A DNA stretch of 64,000 bases from the NCBI GenBank assembly GCA_018302545.1, contig JAGVZM010000003.1, positions 40,058-104,057 of the forward strand, read 5' to 3'. The position numbers and the translations under genes are program-made. Below are positions 1-9,707 of this stretch, one piece after another. The stretch is from Candidatus Woesearchaeota archaeon. GTDB taxonomy: Archaea; Nanobdellota; Nanobdellia; SCGC-AAA011-G17; GW2011-AR18. Below the pieces are notes generated by a model, which worked only from the letters and a program-made list of their open reading frames with translations, did no database searches and was not told where the DNA came from. The number at the start of each line of letters is the position of its first letter. Within the stretch, counting starts at the first letter, position 1.

Positions 1-2
1 TA

Positions 3-671
3 GACGACCATTTTGCAACAATAGTTAATGCAATAAAGGAAGGAAGAGGAATATATAACAATATTAAAAAGTTTATAAGCTATTTATTTTCTTGCAACCT
101 CGCAGAAGTATTAGTTATTTTCATAGCCTTGTTGATTAATTTACCATTACCATTAATTGCAGTACAAATATTATTAATGAACTTATTAACTGATGGGCTT
201 CCTGCCCTTGCATTAGGTATAGATAAAATAGAACAAGATGTAATGTCTCAATCTCCAAGAAATCCTAAAGAACACATAATAACCAAAAAAGATTTATTAT
301 TTATATTATTTCAAGGGGCAATAATGACAACAATAGTATTAAGCTTATTTTATTATTATCTAAAAACAAATAATATAAATTATGCTCAGACAGTTGCATT
401 CTCAGCTCTTGTCCTATGCCAACTATCCAACGCCTATAATTATCACACTGCAAAAAAATCAATATTTAAAACAAATCCATTTTCAAATAAACTCCTAATA
501 GGGGCAATTTTAACCTCTTTAATAATCCAAATAGTAGTAGTTTATTCTCTAAATAATTTATTTAAAACCATACAATTAGGGCTATACACAGTTTGCATAA
601 TTATTGGGGCAAGCCTAATCATGATAATATCCCAAGAATTGATAAAACTGTTCTCTAAACCAAATTACTGA
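3..671 (+). CDS. P-type cation-transporting ATPase, C-terminal fragment (5' end lies outside the window)
   Basis: The reading frame is open from nt 3 and in frame with the listed ORF at 129. Translation DDHFATIVNAIKEGRGIYNNIKKF...LLMNLLTDGLPALALG matches the conserved C-terminal TM region of P2-type ATPases. Confidence 0.7.
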   Translation, partial: DDHFATIVNAIKEGRGIYNNIKKFISYLFSCNLAEVLVIFIALLINLPLPLIAVQILLMNLLTDGLPALALGIDKIEQDVMSQSPRNPKEHIITKKDLLFILFQGAIMTTIVLSLFYYYLKTNNINYAQTVAFSALVLCQLSNAYNYHTAKKSIFKTNPFSNKLLIGAILTSLIIQIVVVYSLNNLFKTIQLGLYTVCIIIGASLIMIISQELIKLFSKPNY

Positions 672-673
672 AT

Positions 674-1347
674 TGTAAAGTAAACGTCACCAAATTTAGT
701 CCTAAAGGAAAAAATTAAATAGAAGGTTTGGTGAAACAAATTATTATAAATATGAACAATTTAAAGGCACCATTTATGAAACGAAGCTCAACAATATTTA
801 TTCAGGTAGTCATTGTGCTCATCGGCATCGGCGCTCTTGCCCTTATGCTTTGGGAACCTCACCTCGAGGGCAGGAATGTGCATGCCACACTTTTTGAAAT
901 TTACTTCAAAGATCCTTTTTTGGCGTATGAGTATATAGCGTCCATTGCGTTTTTCGTGGCGTTATATAAAGCGTTTAAATTGCTCGGATACATCGGGCAA
1001 AATAAGGTATTCTCGCAAGCGGCCGTGAATGCTTTGCGGACTATAAAATACTGTATGATATCTCTTATTGGTTTTATCGTGGGTGCAGAAGCCTACTTCT
1101 TTATAGCTGGAGGAGGTAAGGATGACATCGCTGGAGGCGTAATGATTGGTCTTTTAATGATTTTTTTCTCCGTCATAATCGCCACTGTGGCAACGGTGTT
1201 TGAAAGAGCCATATGCAAAAAGCAAAAACTTATATTTTTATAAATTAAATGAGGATTTTCTTATAAACAACTTTCATAAATTCATTAAGAACCTGAAATT
1301 TAAAAAACTACCTAAAATCATCAAAAATAAATGACGTTTACTTTACA
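674..1347. mobile_element. Inverted-repeat-bounded GC-rich mini-cassette carrying a DUF2975-like gene. It has 16-bp perfect terminal inverted repeats (TGTAAAGTAAACGTCA at 674-689, reverse complement at 1332-1347) and encodes no transposase.
   Basis: The perfect 16-bp inverted repeats were read directly. The enclosed ~640 bp is clearly GC-richer than the flanking DNA. Confidence 0.45.
728..1243 (+). CDS. Small multi-pass membrane protein, DUF2975-like
   Basis: Four predicted TM helices. About 45% GC against roughly 27% background. Topology resembles bacterial DUF2975 proteins. Confidence 0.45.
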   Translation: MVKQIIINMNNLKAPFMKRSSTIFIQVVIVLIGIGALALMLWEPHLEGRNVHATLFEIYFKDPFLAYEYIASIAFFVALYKAFKLLGYIGQNKVFSQAAVNALRTIKYCMISLIGFIVGAEAYFFIAGGGKDDIAGGVMIGLLMIFFSVIIATVATVFERAICKKQKLIFL

Positions 1348-1394
1348 GATCACAAATTACTAATATTTATATAGTCTTATAATATTATCAATAA

Positions 1395-2345
1395 TTGAAA
1401 ATTAAGATGAAAAAAATAACAAATACTGTATTTATAATTTTGTTTCTTGTAATATTCACTATACCTATATTTGCTGAGGATTCTATCAATAACGAATTTT
1501 CTAATGACTGTCTTACAGTAAAAGGAGGAGACGGTTCTTATTGGCTATGTGAGAGAGGTGTATTCTTGCACAATAAAAAAATGGCATTTATAGTTGAAGA
1601 AATTTCAGAAGACATAGTTAAAATAAGAGTAGATGATTCAAAAATTAGAATTAGTTTTACTAATACCTCAGAATTTGGACAAGAATCAAAGTTCGATTAT
1701 ATTGATGTAAAATATAAAATAACCTTTGAAGGTCTTGATAATAACAATACAAAAGTAAGACTAACTATAAATTCAATTACAGGAAAAGAATTAAAACAAA
1801 ATCTGCAAGTTCAAGAATGTAAACCTGGAGAAAGACGTTGTATTGATACAGCTGGAAATTTGAAGTATTCCCAACAAAATACTCAAGGATATTATGGGAT
1901 GCATAAAATATGTTGTGGTGATAATTCAAATTATGATTATAGTCCTGTTTGTGGAGATTTAAGTGGAGTTTGGAAAGATTGGCAACCCGTACCATCCTGT
2001 TCAGAAAATAAAGAAAAAACATCTAACCAAGAAGAAAAAGATGAAGAAAAACAAACAAAAGAATCAAATTCTAAAAAAATAGAAGAAAAATGTAATGGTT
2101 GTAAACAAAATGAAGTTTGCCTTCCAATAGGAACAAGATTAACTGAAGAAAATAAACCAAGATATTGCGATATTGACTTAAATATAAAAGAACAAAAAAC
2201 AAACAGTCAAAATTGCCAAAATAATTACGAATGTTCAACAAATCAATGTAGTAATAATGAGTGTGTAAATCTAACAGAAGAATTAAAAGAAACAAGAAGT
2301 CTTATACAAAAATTATTTGACTTATTAAGTAAGATTTTCGGTTAA
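1395..2345 (+). CDS. Secreted cysteine-rich protein of unknown function, with signal peptide
   Basis: N-terminal hydrophobic signal. Many Cys in CxxC and C-x-C arrangements and a K/E-rich linker. Confidence 0.5.
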   Translation: MKIKMKKITNTVFIILFLVIFTIPIFAEDSINNEFSNDCLTVKGGDGSYWLCERGVFLHNKKMAFIVEEISEDIVKIRVDDSKIRISFTNTSEFGQESKFDYIDVKYKITFEGLDNNNTKVRLTINSITGKELKQNLQVQECKPGERRCIDTAGNLKYSQQNTQGYYGMHKICCGDNSNYDYSPVCGDLSGVWKDWQPVPSCSENKEKTSNQEEKDEEKQTKESNSKKIEEKCNGCKQNEVCLPIGTRLTEENKPRYCDIDLNIKEQKTNSQNCQNNYECSTNQCSNNECVNLTEELKETRSLIQKLFDLLSKIFG

Positions 2346-2354
2346 ATTATATCT

Positions 2355-3700
2355 TCTAGTTCGCAATAACACTCTACTCCTTTAGGTCTGAGTGAATTGC
2401 GAAAATATATTCTCCAATATGTCTCTTATAGAACAATGGTGGACGACACGACAAGGGATACGCGCGTAGAACTTATAAACTAAAATTCCTAAATAATTCT
2501 AATGTTAAAAACTTACAAATTCAGAATATATCCAAACAAAAAACAAGAGATAAAACTATTAGAAACTCTAAATCTTTGTAGGTTCACCTACAATAAACAA
2601 TTAGAACTAAAGATAAACAAATATAAAGAAAATAAAGTAAATTTAACACAATTTGATCTAAATAATAACTTAATAATACTAAAAGAAGAAAATAAAGAAT
2701 TAAAACAAATTCATTCTCAAACATTACAAGATATAAATAAAAGAATTAGTTTAGCTTTTAATGGATTTTACAGAAGATTAAATAAAAGAGAACAAGTAGG
2801 TTTTCCTAGATTCAAAAGTAAATATAGATATGATTCAATAACATATCCTCAATCTGGATTCAAATTAGAAAATCAGCTTTATATTTCTAAAATAGGACAA
2901 ATAAATATTATTAAACACAGAGAAATAGAAGGTAAAGTTAAAACCTTAACAATTAAGAAAACTTCTACAAACAAATGGTTTGCATGTTTCTCAGTAGAAC
3001 AAGAAAGTAAGAGTCACTCTAATCTAACAAATGAAGAAACAATTGGAATAGATCTAGGAATAAATCACTTTTATGCAGATTCTAATGGAAATCTAGTAGA
3101 TAATCCAAAATATCTAAGAAAATCAGAGTTAAAGTTAAAGAAATTACAAAGAAAACATTCTAAAAAGTTAAAAGGTTCTAATAATAGAAATAAATCTAGA
3201 TTAAAACTAGCTAATCTACATGAATTAATAAGTAATCAAAGAAATGACTTCTTACATAAACAATCAAGACAATTAGTTAATAATTATAATACAATAGTAG
3301 TAGAAAGATTACAAATAAGTAATATGACTAAAAACCACTATTTAGCTAAATCTATAAATGATGCTTCTTGGAATAAGTTTCTACAACTACTTTCTTACAA
3401 AGTGGAAGAGACTGGTGGAAAGTTAGTAGAAATAGATCCAAGAAATACTAGTCAATTATGTATTTGTGGCAATAAAGTAGAAAAATCATTAGCTACTAGA
3501 GTGCATAGATGCAATAATTGTGGAATAGAAATGGATAGAGATCTTATGTCTGCTTTGATTATTAAGGAAAAGGGAATAAATGATTTTAGTATTATTACCG
3601 TAGGAACTACGGGAATTCAAGCCTGTCAGAGAACTTCAATAGAAGTTCAGTGAAGCAGGACGCTCGGTCCCTTTAGGGCCGAGTAGTTCACATAAAAAGA
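2355..3700 (+). mobile_element. IS200/IS605-family insertion sequence, TnpB-only (IS1341-like), about 1.35 kb
   Basis: Left-end hairpin TTCGCAAT(2360-2367)...ATTGCGAA(2396-2403). Right-end hairpin CTCGGTCCCTTTAGGGCCGAG (3663-3683). Both ends share the motif CCTTTAGGnCnGAGT. The ends are GC-richer than the background. Confidence 0.65.
2502..3653 (+). CDS. tnpB: TnpB (OrfB), RNA-guided nuclease of IS200/IS605 family
   Basis: N-terminal YKFRIYPNKKQ motif. RuvC-like segments (IGIDLGI, VVERLQIS). C-terminal zinc finger CICG...CNNCG. Confidence 0.85.
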   Translation: MLKTYKFRIYPNKKQEIKLLETLNLCRFTYNKQLELKINKYKENKVNLTQFDLNNNLIILKEENKELKQIHSQTLQDINKRISLAFNGFYRRLNKREQVGFPRFKSKYRYDSITYPQSGFKLENQLYISKIGQINIIKHREIEGKVKTLTIKKTSTNKWFACFSVEQESKSHSNLTNEETIGIDLGINHFYADSNGNLVDNPKYLRKSELKLKKLQRKHSKKLKGSNNRNKSRLKLANLHELISNQRNDFLHKQSRQLVNNYNTIVVERLQISNMTKNHYLAKSINDASWNKFLQLLSYKVEETGGKLVEIDPRNTSQLCICGNKVEKSLATRVHRCNNCGIEMDRDLMSALIIKEKGINDFSIITVGTTGIQACQRTSIEVQ

Positions 3701-3710
3701 TAAATACTTA
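3500..3710 (+). ncRNA. Candidate omega-RNA (reRNA) overlapping the tnpB 3' end and the right-end hairpin. The guide would extend into flanking DNA.
   Basis: Inferred from known TnpB/omega-RNA architecture. Right-end hairpin at 3663-3683. Confidence 0.3.
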
Positions 3711-3736
3711 AGTAGTAATTATATATTTGAAATTAT

Positions 3737-4300
3737 ATGAGTATATTTACTAAAAACAAGGTGGTTATAGTCCACGGTTGTACTTCTGATAAAAATGATT
3801 TAACTTTTAATAAACATTGGATGCCCTGGCTTAAAAAAGAATTAGAAAAATTAAATTTTAAAGTTAAAATACCTAAAATGCCAGAAACTTGGAAGCCAAA
3901 CTATAATAAATTCAAAAAAGAATTTGAAAAGAATAAAATAGATGAAGATACTATATTAATTGGACATAGTTGTGGCTGCGCTTTTATAGTTCGTTGGCTT
4001 GGAGAAACAAAACAAAAAATTAAGAAATTAATATTAATTGCCCCTTGGAAAATTTATGATAAGGATGACAAAATCAGAAAAGAATTTTATAATTATAAGA
4101 TTGACGAAAATATAAAAAAGAGAGTTAAAGAAATTATAATGTTTACTTCTAATAATGAGGAAGAAGATGGCAAAAAAAGCCTAAAGATCTTTCAAAAAGA
4201 GTTAGGCGGTAAAATTATAGAACTAAAAAATAAAGGGCACTATGCATTTGAAGATATGGGTTCAGAGGAATTTCCAGAATTATTAAAAGAGATTATATAA
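3737..4300 (+). CDS. alpha/beta-hydrolase, YdeN/RBBP9-like serine esterase
   Basis: GHSCG nucleophile elbow (GxSxG), about 187 aa. Confidence 0.5.
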   Translation: MSIFTKNKVVIVHGCTSDKNDLTFNKHWMPWLKKELEKLNFKVKIPKMPETWKPNYNKFKKEFEKNKIDEDTILIGHSCGCAFIVRWLGETKQKIKKLILIAPWKIYDKDDKIRKEFYNYKIDENIKKRVKEIIMFTSNNEEEDGKKSLKIFQKELGGKIIELKNKGHYAFEDMGSEEFPELLKEII

Positions 4301-4305
4301 ATAAT

Positions 4306-7035
4306 TTATCTCCTAAAACCCATTCTAGGACCAATTTTTCTAGGACTCTTAATTTCTCTAATAACTGAATCTATTTGGTTATCTCTCCAACCTTTAGATT
4401 TCAAGGCAATCTTTATTTTGCCTTCATTCAATCCCTTATTTAAAGAATTTTGTACAAACATCTTTAATGATTGATGATCCCTTTCAGTTTTAAACAAACC
4501 GCCACCAAAAGATCCTGAAACTGATGAAACAACCTTCCCAAATTTCTTATTCAAAAAACCACCTTTAAAGAACAATCCAAAATAAATTATAATTCCAATT
4601 ACAATAACAGCGACACCAATTAAAATGAATAGGAAAGTATTACCTTTTTTACAATCTTTAGGGCAACTAAGTTCATCTTCATCCTCTTCACAGAAATTAT
4701 TTCCACATTCACTTAATATTTCCACTTCGCCGTTTTTAGTAGTAGACTTATCTACCTCAACACTTTCTAAATCTGCAGGTAACACTGCCGTTCTTGCTTG
4801 TAGGGCTTTATTTAAATCTGTAGTATCTAACTTGTAAGCTATTTCATTTGAATATGCAAAACTATAAACTCCAGAAGCTGCATTAGTAATATTTCCCCCC
4901 TTAAAGACATCATCATTTCCTATTGAAAATCCAAAAGGTAAAAATTCATAAATTTTATTCCCATCACCATTTATAATTTTTTTAATGACTGTATATTCCT
5001 CTTTACTTCCATCAATATACTGTAAGTTCACAACCCTAGCTTCAAAATTCACATTTACATTTTTTTGAGCAGTTAGTAATTTAGTTCTTTGTAATTCTGT
5101 CGTAAACTCACAACAAGATTTAATTTGGTTTAATCCATTTATTTTTCCACCATCATTAAAATTAGAGCTATCTACATTAAAACTAATTGGTATTTTTGAG
5201 GATATAAATCCGGCTTGGCTTAATAAAGGAGCAATTAAACCATTTTTTTGTTGATCAGTTAAAGTAGCATTATTATTTATTCTATCAAATTTATTTTTTA
5301 TATCTGTTAGATTAGCTTCAAAATTATTTAATTTAGAATTTAATCCTATTAAATCAGCTGTATCTTTAACCTTTTCATTACCTTTTCTCAAATTATCTTT
5401 AAATAAACTCAAAGAACTTAAAGTAGTATTAATTATATTTCCACTTCCGCTGCTATCATTGCCAATTTCTATAAATACTTTATCAACATCAATCAAGCCT
5501 TCACTATCTTTAACTTTTAATTTTATCTCATAAACTCCAATTTTAGTATAGGTATAAGTCACAACTGGACCATTTCCTGTTTTTCCATCTCCAAAATCCC
5601 ATGTATAATTAATAATATTTCTTCCAAGAGGAGCAGTACTTGCACTTGCATCAAAAGTAACTAATTCTCCCTTTCCAGGTTTAAATGGATCAATTGTAAA
5701 AAATGCTACTGGAGCATCTACGACTTCAAATTTAGTTTTATTCGTTCTGCTTCCATTAAATTCAACATAAAATTCATAATCATTATCTTTTTCTTTCGGA
5801 GTAAGTACTGTATTTAATGACTCTAAATTTATGTTTACTAATCTATCATATTTTAAAGCTTCAGGAACATGGTTTATTTTCTTAAATTGTCTTTCTGTTG
5901 CAGAACTACCCCCTACTAAATATCTAAAGAATAAATTAGTTATCTTAACATCTCCACCACTACCAACTGTAAAATTAAGAGGCATAACTAAACTTCCAGA
6001 ATCACTCATATAATTATCAATATCCTCTTTTTTTATTTCAACTTGTTTTATATTACTAGGACCAACATTCAAGGCTTTATTATAAGTCATATACTGTCCA
6101 AAAATATAAAAATTCCTATTAAATTGGTTTTCTGCTCCATTAAAAAAAGAATTTTTAGGCTGTGTTGCTTTTGTTTTAATATCAAAATAATCTGTACTAT
6201 CTTCATTCGCGTTTGTTGGGTAAACACAGAAGTATAAAGGTTTATCTTCAGGAATATTCTTTATAATATCACAATCAACTTCTCTCATAGAATTACTTAA
6301 TCCATTAAGAGTACAACAAGGTGTTTCTTCTTGGCAAGCTTGATCTGAATCTCCCAAAACTTCCTCACTAATTGTAGCATTTAATCCAACATTAGGATCA
6401 CTAACCTTTTTCTGAGCAAAAACTTTAACTTTATATTTTCCAGAAGAATTAACATTAATTAATTGACACAAAACACTATTTCCTGTTATGCCCTGAGTTC
6501 CTTCAGTTCCAGAATCTGTAATATGTTTATTACTTAAATCAATAAAACCAGTTTCTCCACCCCTATATTCATAAATTTTTTTCTCCCCTAAATATATAGC
6601 TAGATCTCTCACGTTCCTTCCAATAGCTTCGACATCAAAAGTGAAATTAGTTACATCAACATCTCCAGAAGAAAAACCATTGCCACTTAAATCAACACCA
6701 ACCTCTATTTTAGAACCACCAGAAGAATTAAATTCTAATATTCCATTAGAATTTCCAACAGGACCAAAAGTAGCAGGAACTATATTATTTCCTTTATACA
6801 AATCTGCAGCCTGAAATAATTGCTTTAAAGTAACTTTATTATCTGAATCCCCATTATAAAAAATAACTTCAGAATTAGATGGAATATTTCCAGAGAAATT
6901 AAATTTAAAATAACCATCAAATGTATTATCAGGCCCATATTTTGTTCTTGTTAAATTAGTATCAACAAAAACATTTGCAAAAACAAAATTGCTTAATAAA
7001 ACAATAAATAAAACAATAAATAATCCTCTTTTCAT
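4306..7035 (-). CDS. Large cell-surface (S-layer-like) protein with PKD domain and C-terminal TM anchor
   Basis: Signal peptide. PKD-like segment (TWDFGDGKTG...YTYT). Cys-rich stalk, one C-terminal TM helix and a short basic tail. Confidence 0.55.
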   Translation of the reverse strand: MKRGLFIVLFIVLLSNFVFANVFVDTNLTRTKYGPDNTFDGYFKFNFSGNIPSNSEVIFYNGDSDNKVTLKQLFQAADLYKGNNIVPATFGPVGNSNGILEFNSSGGSKIEVGVDLSGNGFSSGDVDVTNFTFDVEAIGRNVRDLAIYLGEKKIYEYRGGETGFIDLSNKHITDSGTEGTQGITGNSVLCQLINVNSSGKYKVKVFAQKKVSDPNVGLNATISEEVLGDSDQACQEETPCCTLNGLSNSMREVDCDIIKNIPEDKPLYFCVYPTNANEDSTDYFDIKTKATQPKNSFFNGAENQFNRNFYIFGQYMTYNKALNVGPSNIKQVEIKKEDIDNYMSDSGSLVMPLNFTVGSGGDVKITNLFFRYLVGGSSATERQFKKINHVPEALKYDRLVNINLESLNTVLTPKEKDNDYEFYVEFNGSRTNKTKFEVVDAPVAFFTIDPFKPGKGELVTFDASASTAPLGRNIINYTWDFGDGKTGNGPVVTYTYTKIGVYEIKLKVKDSEGLIDVDKVFIEIGNDSSGSGNIINTTLSSLSLFKDNLRKGNEKVKDTADLIGLNSKLNNFEANLTDIKNKFDRINNNATLTDQQKNGLIAPLLSQAGFISSKIPISFNVDSSNFNDGGKINGLNQIKSCCEFTTELQRTKLLTAQKNVNVNFEARVVNLQYIDGSKEEYTVIKKIINGDGNKIYEFLPFGFSIGNDDVFKGGNITNAASGVYSFAYSNEIAYKLDTTDLNKALQARTAVLPADLESVEVDKSTTKNGEVEILSECGNNFCEEDEDELSCPKDCKKGNTFLFILIGVAVIVIGIIIYFGLFFKGGFLNKKFGKVVSSVSGSFGGGLFKTERDHQSLKMFVQNSLNKGLNEGKIKIALKSKGWRDNQIDSVIREIKSPRKIGPRMGFRR

Positions 7036-7144
7036 TAATTTATAATATTATAACTGGTTTAAAAGTTTTCCTGTGAGGGTTTTAATGTCCAAATAGTTAA
7101 CGCATATAATAACACTTATATAAATCCAAATTTATATTTAAGAA

Positions 7145-8089
7145 ATGAAAAAGAATCATGAATATTATGTTTCTAAAATAATACTAAAAGAGTTTAACGA
7201 ATCTCCAATCAGAATAACTAGAATGACTATTGGTATAGTTAATGAGGTTTACTTAGTAGTTTTAAAAAACAAAGAAATAATTGTGCGTTTAAATAAAAAC
7301 AAAGATTTAATATTGGGCTCCAGTAAATACATTCCTCTCTATAGTTCAAAAGGAATTAAGGTTCCTGAAATCTTAGTTGAAAATTATTCTAAAAAGGTTA
7401 TTCATTATTGTTACCAAATACTGAGTAAAATAGAAGGCAAAGACATAGACAAAGTAATTTCAAAGTTATCTAATAAAGAATTAAAAGAAATAGCAAAAGA
7501 GATCGCAAATATAATTATGAAGTTACGTAAAATTCCTACAAATAGAGAGTTTGGTTATGTAAGGACTAAAGAAAAGAATTTGTTTAATTCTTGGTCTGAT
7601 TATATGAATAATATGATTAAGGAAATTGAAAAAAACAACAAGAAAACAAAAGTCTTAGATAAAAACACTCTAGATATTTTAAATGAATTATTAATAAAAT
7701 ACAAAGATTATTTTGATAAAGTAAAATCAGAATTCTATTACGATGATTTAAGTTCTAAGAATGTGATGATAAATAAAGGCAAATTTAATGGAATTGTAGA
7801 TTTGGATGGTGCGATGTATGGCGACCCAATCGAAGCAATTGGGAGAATTAAAGCAAGTTGGTGTGGAAAATATTACGGCGAGTTTTATACTAGTGCGGTA
7901 ATTAAAGAATTAAAGTTAGATAATACTCAAAAAAAAATGGTAACAGTCTATGCAATATTTAACTTAGTTGGTTGGATGTGTGAAACAGGAGATTTTAATG
8001 CAAACGTTTCTAAAGAAATAGATTGGAATGAAGTAAAGAAAGATAAGGAAAAATTAAATAAACTTTACAATGAATTAAGTAAAAAATAA
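7145..8089 (+). CDS. Protein-kinase-like phosphotransferase (APH/choline-kinase fold)
   Basis: Catalytic D-L-S-S-K-N motif (YYDDLSSKNVMI) and DLDG metal-binding motif. Confidence 0.5.
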   Translation: MKKNHEYYVSKIILKEFNESPIRITRMTIGIVNEVYLVVLKNKEIIVRLNKNKDLILGSSKYIPLYSSKGIKVPEILVENYSKKVIHYCYQILSKIEGKDIDKVISKLSNKELKEIAKEIANIIMKLRKIPTNREFGYVRTKEKNLFNSWSDYMNNMIKEIEKNNKKTKVLDKNTLDILNELLIKYKDYFDKVKSEFYYDDLSSKNVMINKGKFNGIVDLDGAMYGDPIEAIGRIKASWCGKYYGEFYTSAVIKELKLDNTQKKMVTVYAIFNLVGWMCETGDFNANVSKEIDWNEVKKDKEKLNKLYNELSKK

Positions 8090-8093
8090 TCTC

Positions 8094-8606
8094 TTACTTC
8101 AAAGATTTAATAAGTTTTCCTCTTTCCATTCCAATGATCTCAACTTTTGCATCATTAAACTTAGTTTTGCATCCAAATAGATCATAAAGAAAGATACCTA
8201 AAGCAGCAATCTCAGAATGTGGTTGGTTTCCAACACTTAAATTATAATCACTTAGTTCATAAAATTCCGGTTCTACTTTTTCCCCACCAACAATGATTAA
8301 TATATTATTATCTAATTTATTTTTAAATTCTTTAAAGTCTTTTCCATAAACTGTAAGATGAACAATTACAAAATCTTCTTTTTTCTTTTCTTTAATCAAT
8401 TTAATTTCATTATCACAATATTTAATTTCAAATGGCCCTCCAAATTTATCAACGATTTTTTTAATACTTTCTTCCATATTAGAATCTTTTTGTCCAGAAT
8501 AATATAATTTAGAAGCACCAAAAGCCCTTGCAGTTAGTCCAACATGGCTGCTTACTCTTTTATCCCTGCTTATCCTATGATTTAATCTAAGAATCTCAAT
8601 TTTCAT
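8094..8606 (-). CDS. trm56: tRNA (cytidine56-2'-O)-methyltransferase aTrm56 (SPOUT)
   Basis: N-terminus [26 protein letters not shown] matches the conserved aTrm56 signature [26 protein letters not shown]. C-terminus has [11 protein letters not shown]. Confidence 0.7.
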   Translation of the reverse strand: [170 protein letters not shown]

Positions 8607-9132
8607 TTTCTAAAATCTCAAAAATATCTTTACTTATTTCATCAACTTTTCTATCCCCTTCAATTAAAATAACCTTTTCTTTATAATGTTTTAATAAAAC
8701 TTCAGTTTGTTCTCGATATATTTTATATCTATTTTTAATAACCTCTTCATTATCATCAGTCCTACCTTCTAATTCAGCTCTTTTTAATAATCTTAATTTC
8801 AAAGTATGAAAAGGAACATCTAAAGCTATAACTTTATCTATATTTGAGATGCTATCAAAAAATTCAGCTTGTTTTAAAGTCCTAGGATATCCATCTAAAA
8901 GATAATTATTTTTAGGAAGAAGATTTTTAATTAAACTATTTATAACCCTATCTGGAGCTAAAACCCCCTTATCATAATCTTCTTTGTTATAAGCCTCAAA
9001 AGAATTATTATTTTTAAAATATTCCCTAAATATTTGTCCTGTAGAAATATGTTTTAAATTTAGTTTCTCAGAAATTATCTTTGCTTGAGTTCCTTTTCCA
9101 GATCCAGGAGGACCAAAAATTATTAATTTCAT
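8596..9132 (-). CDS. adk: Adenylate kinase
   Basis: P-loop GPPGSGKGTQ, plus NMP-binding and LID regions. Confidence 0.85.
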   Translation of the reverse strand: MKLIIFGPPGSGKGTQAKIISEKLNLKHISTGQIFREYFKNNNSFEAYNKEDYDKGVLAPDRVINSLIKNLLPKNNYLLDGYPRTLKQAEFFDSISNIDKVIALDVPFHTLKLRLLKRAELEGRTDDNEEVIKNRYKIYREQTEVLLKHYKEKVILIEGDRKVDEISKDIFEILENEN

Positions 9133-9614
9133 CCAAAATATCTTTCCCCTTCTTCTTTCTTCTGTTCATTCTTCCAAGTATCAATCATCTTCATAACCGT
9201 TGCTTGAATTTCATTCTTGAAATGTTCCCATCTTTTAAAAGTTTTAACAATAAATTGGATATTTTTTTCATCATCAGAAGCTTCAACATCTAAATATATA
9301 GATTCTCTCTCTATAACCATTAATTCTTTATGTATATCTGACAATTTCTGTTTTTCATCATCAGTAAAAAAATTTGCTTCATAAGCACTCAATGCATTTT
9401 GCATACTAGGATAGATTATATTCTCTAGAATCCTACAAAAAAATACAACTTTTTCATTAATTCTCCTTCTTACTCTTCTAATTAAAAAATCTTCTTTATC
9501 AATAGTTGTAATCTCAAAATCTTTACTAAGATCATCAAAACTAGGTAAATCTTTATATTTATTTCTTAATTTTCCATACTCTTTTCTCAAATCAAATTTT
9601 TCTTCTTCACTCAT
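9129..9614 (-). CDS. Hypothetical protein, in operon with adk and trm56
   Basis: ORF only. The start overlaps adk (ATGA overlap). Confidence 0.45.
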   Translation of the reverse strand: MSEEEKFDLRKEYGKLRNKYKDLPSFDDLSKDFEITTIDKEDFLIRRVRRRINEKVVFFCRILENIIYPSMQNALSAYEANFFTDDEKQKLSDIHKELMVIERESIYLDVEASDDEKNIQFIVKTFKRWEHFKNEIQATVMKMIDTWKNEQKKEEGERYFG

Positions 9615-9707
9615 GAGGATTTAAGGAATATTGATAGTATATTTAAAGCTTATTCTGGGCTAAATTAAACAAATAGCCTTTTAAATTTTTTCTATGTCAT
9701 TAATTTT

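Noticed and set aside
1777-2295. Small opposite-strand ORFs from the six-frame track embedded in larger genes, for example 1777-2022(-), 2071-2295(-), 4625-4837(+), 5831-6237(+), 16227-16436(+), 20153-20383(+), 29016-29288(-) and 37568-38048
   Set aside because: They lie fully inside better-supported genes on the other strand. They have low-complexity, AT-codon-driven composition and no motifs. Treated as spurious.
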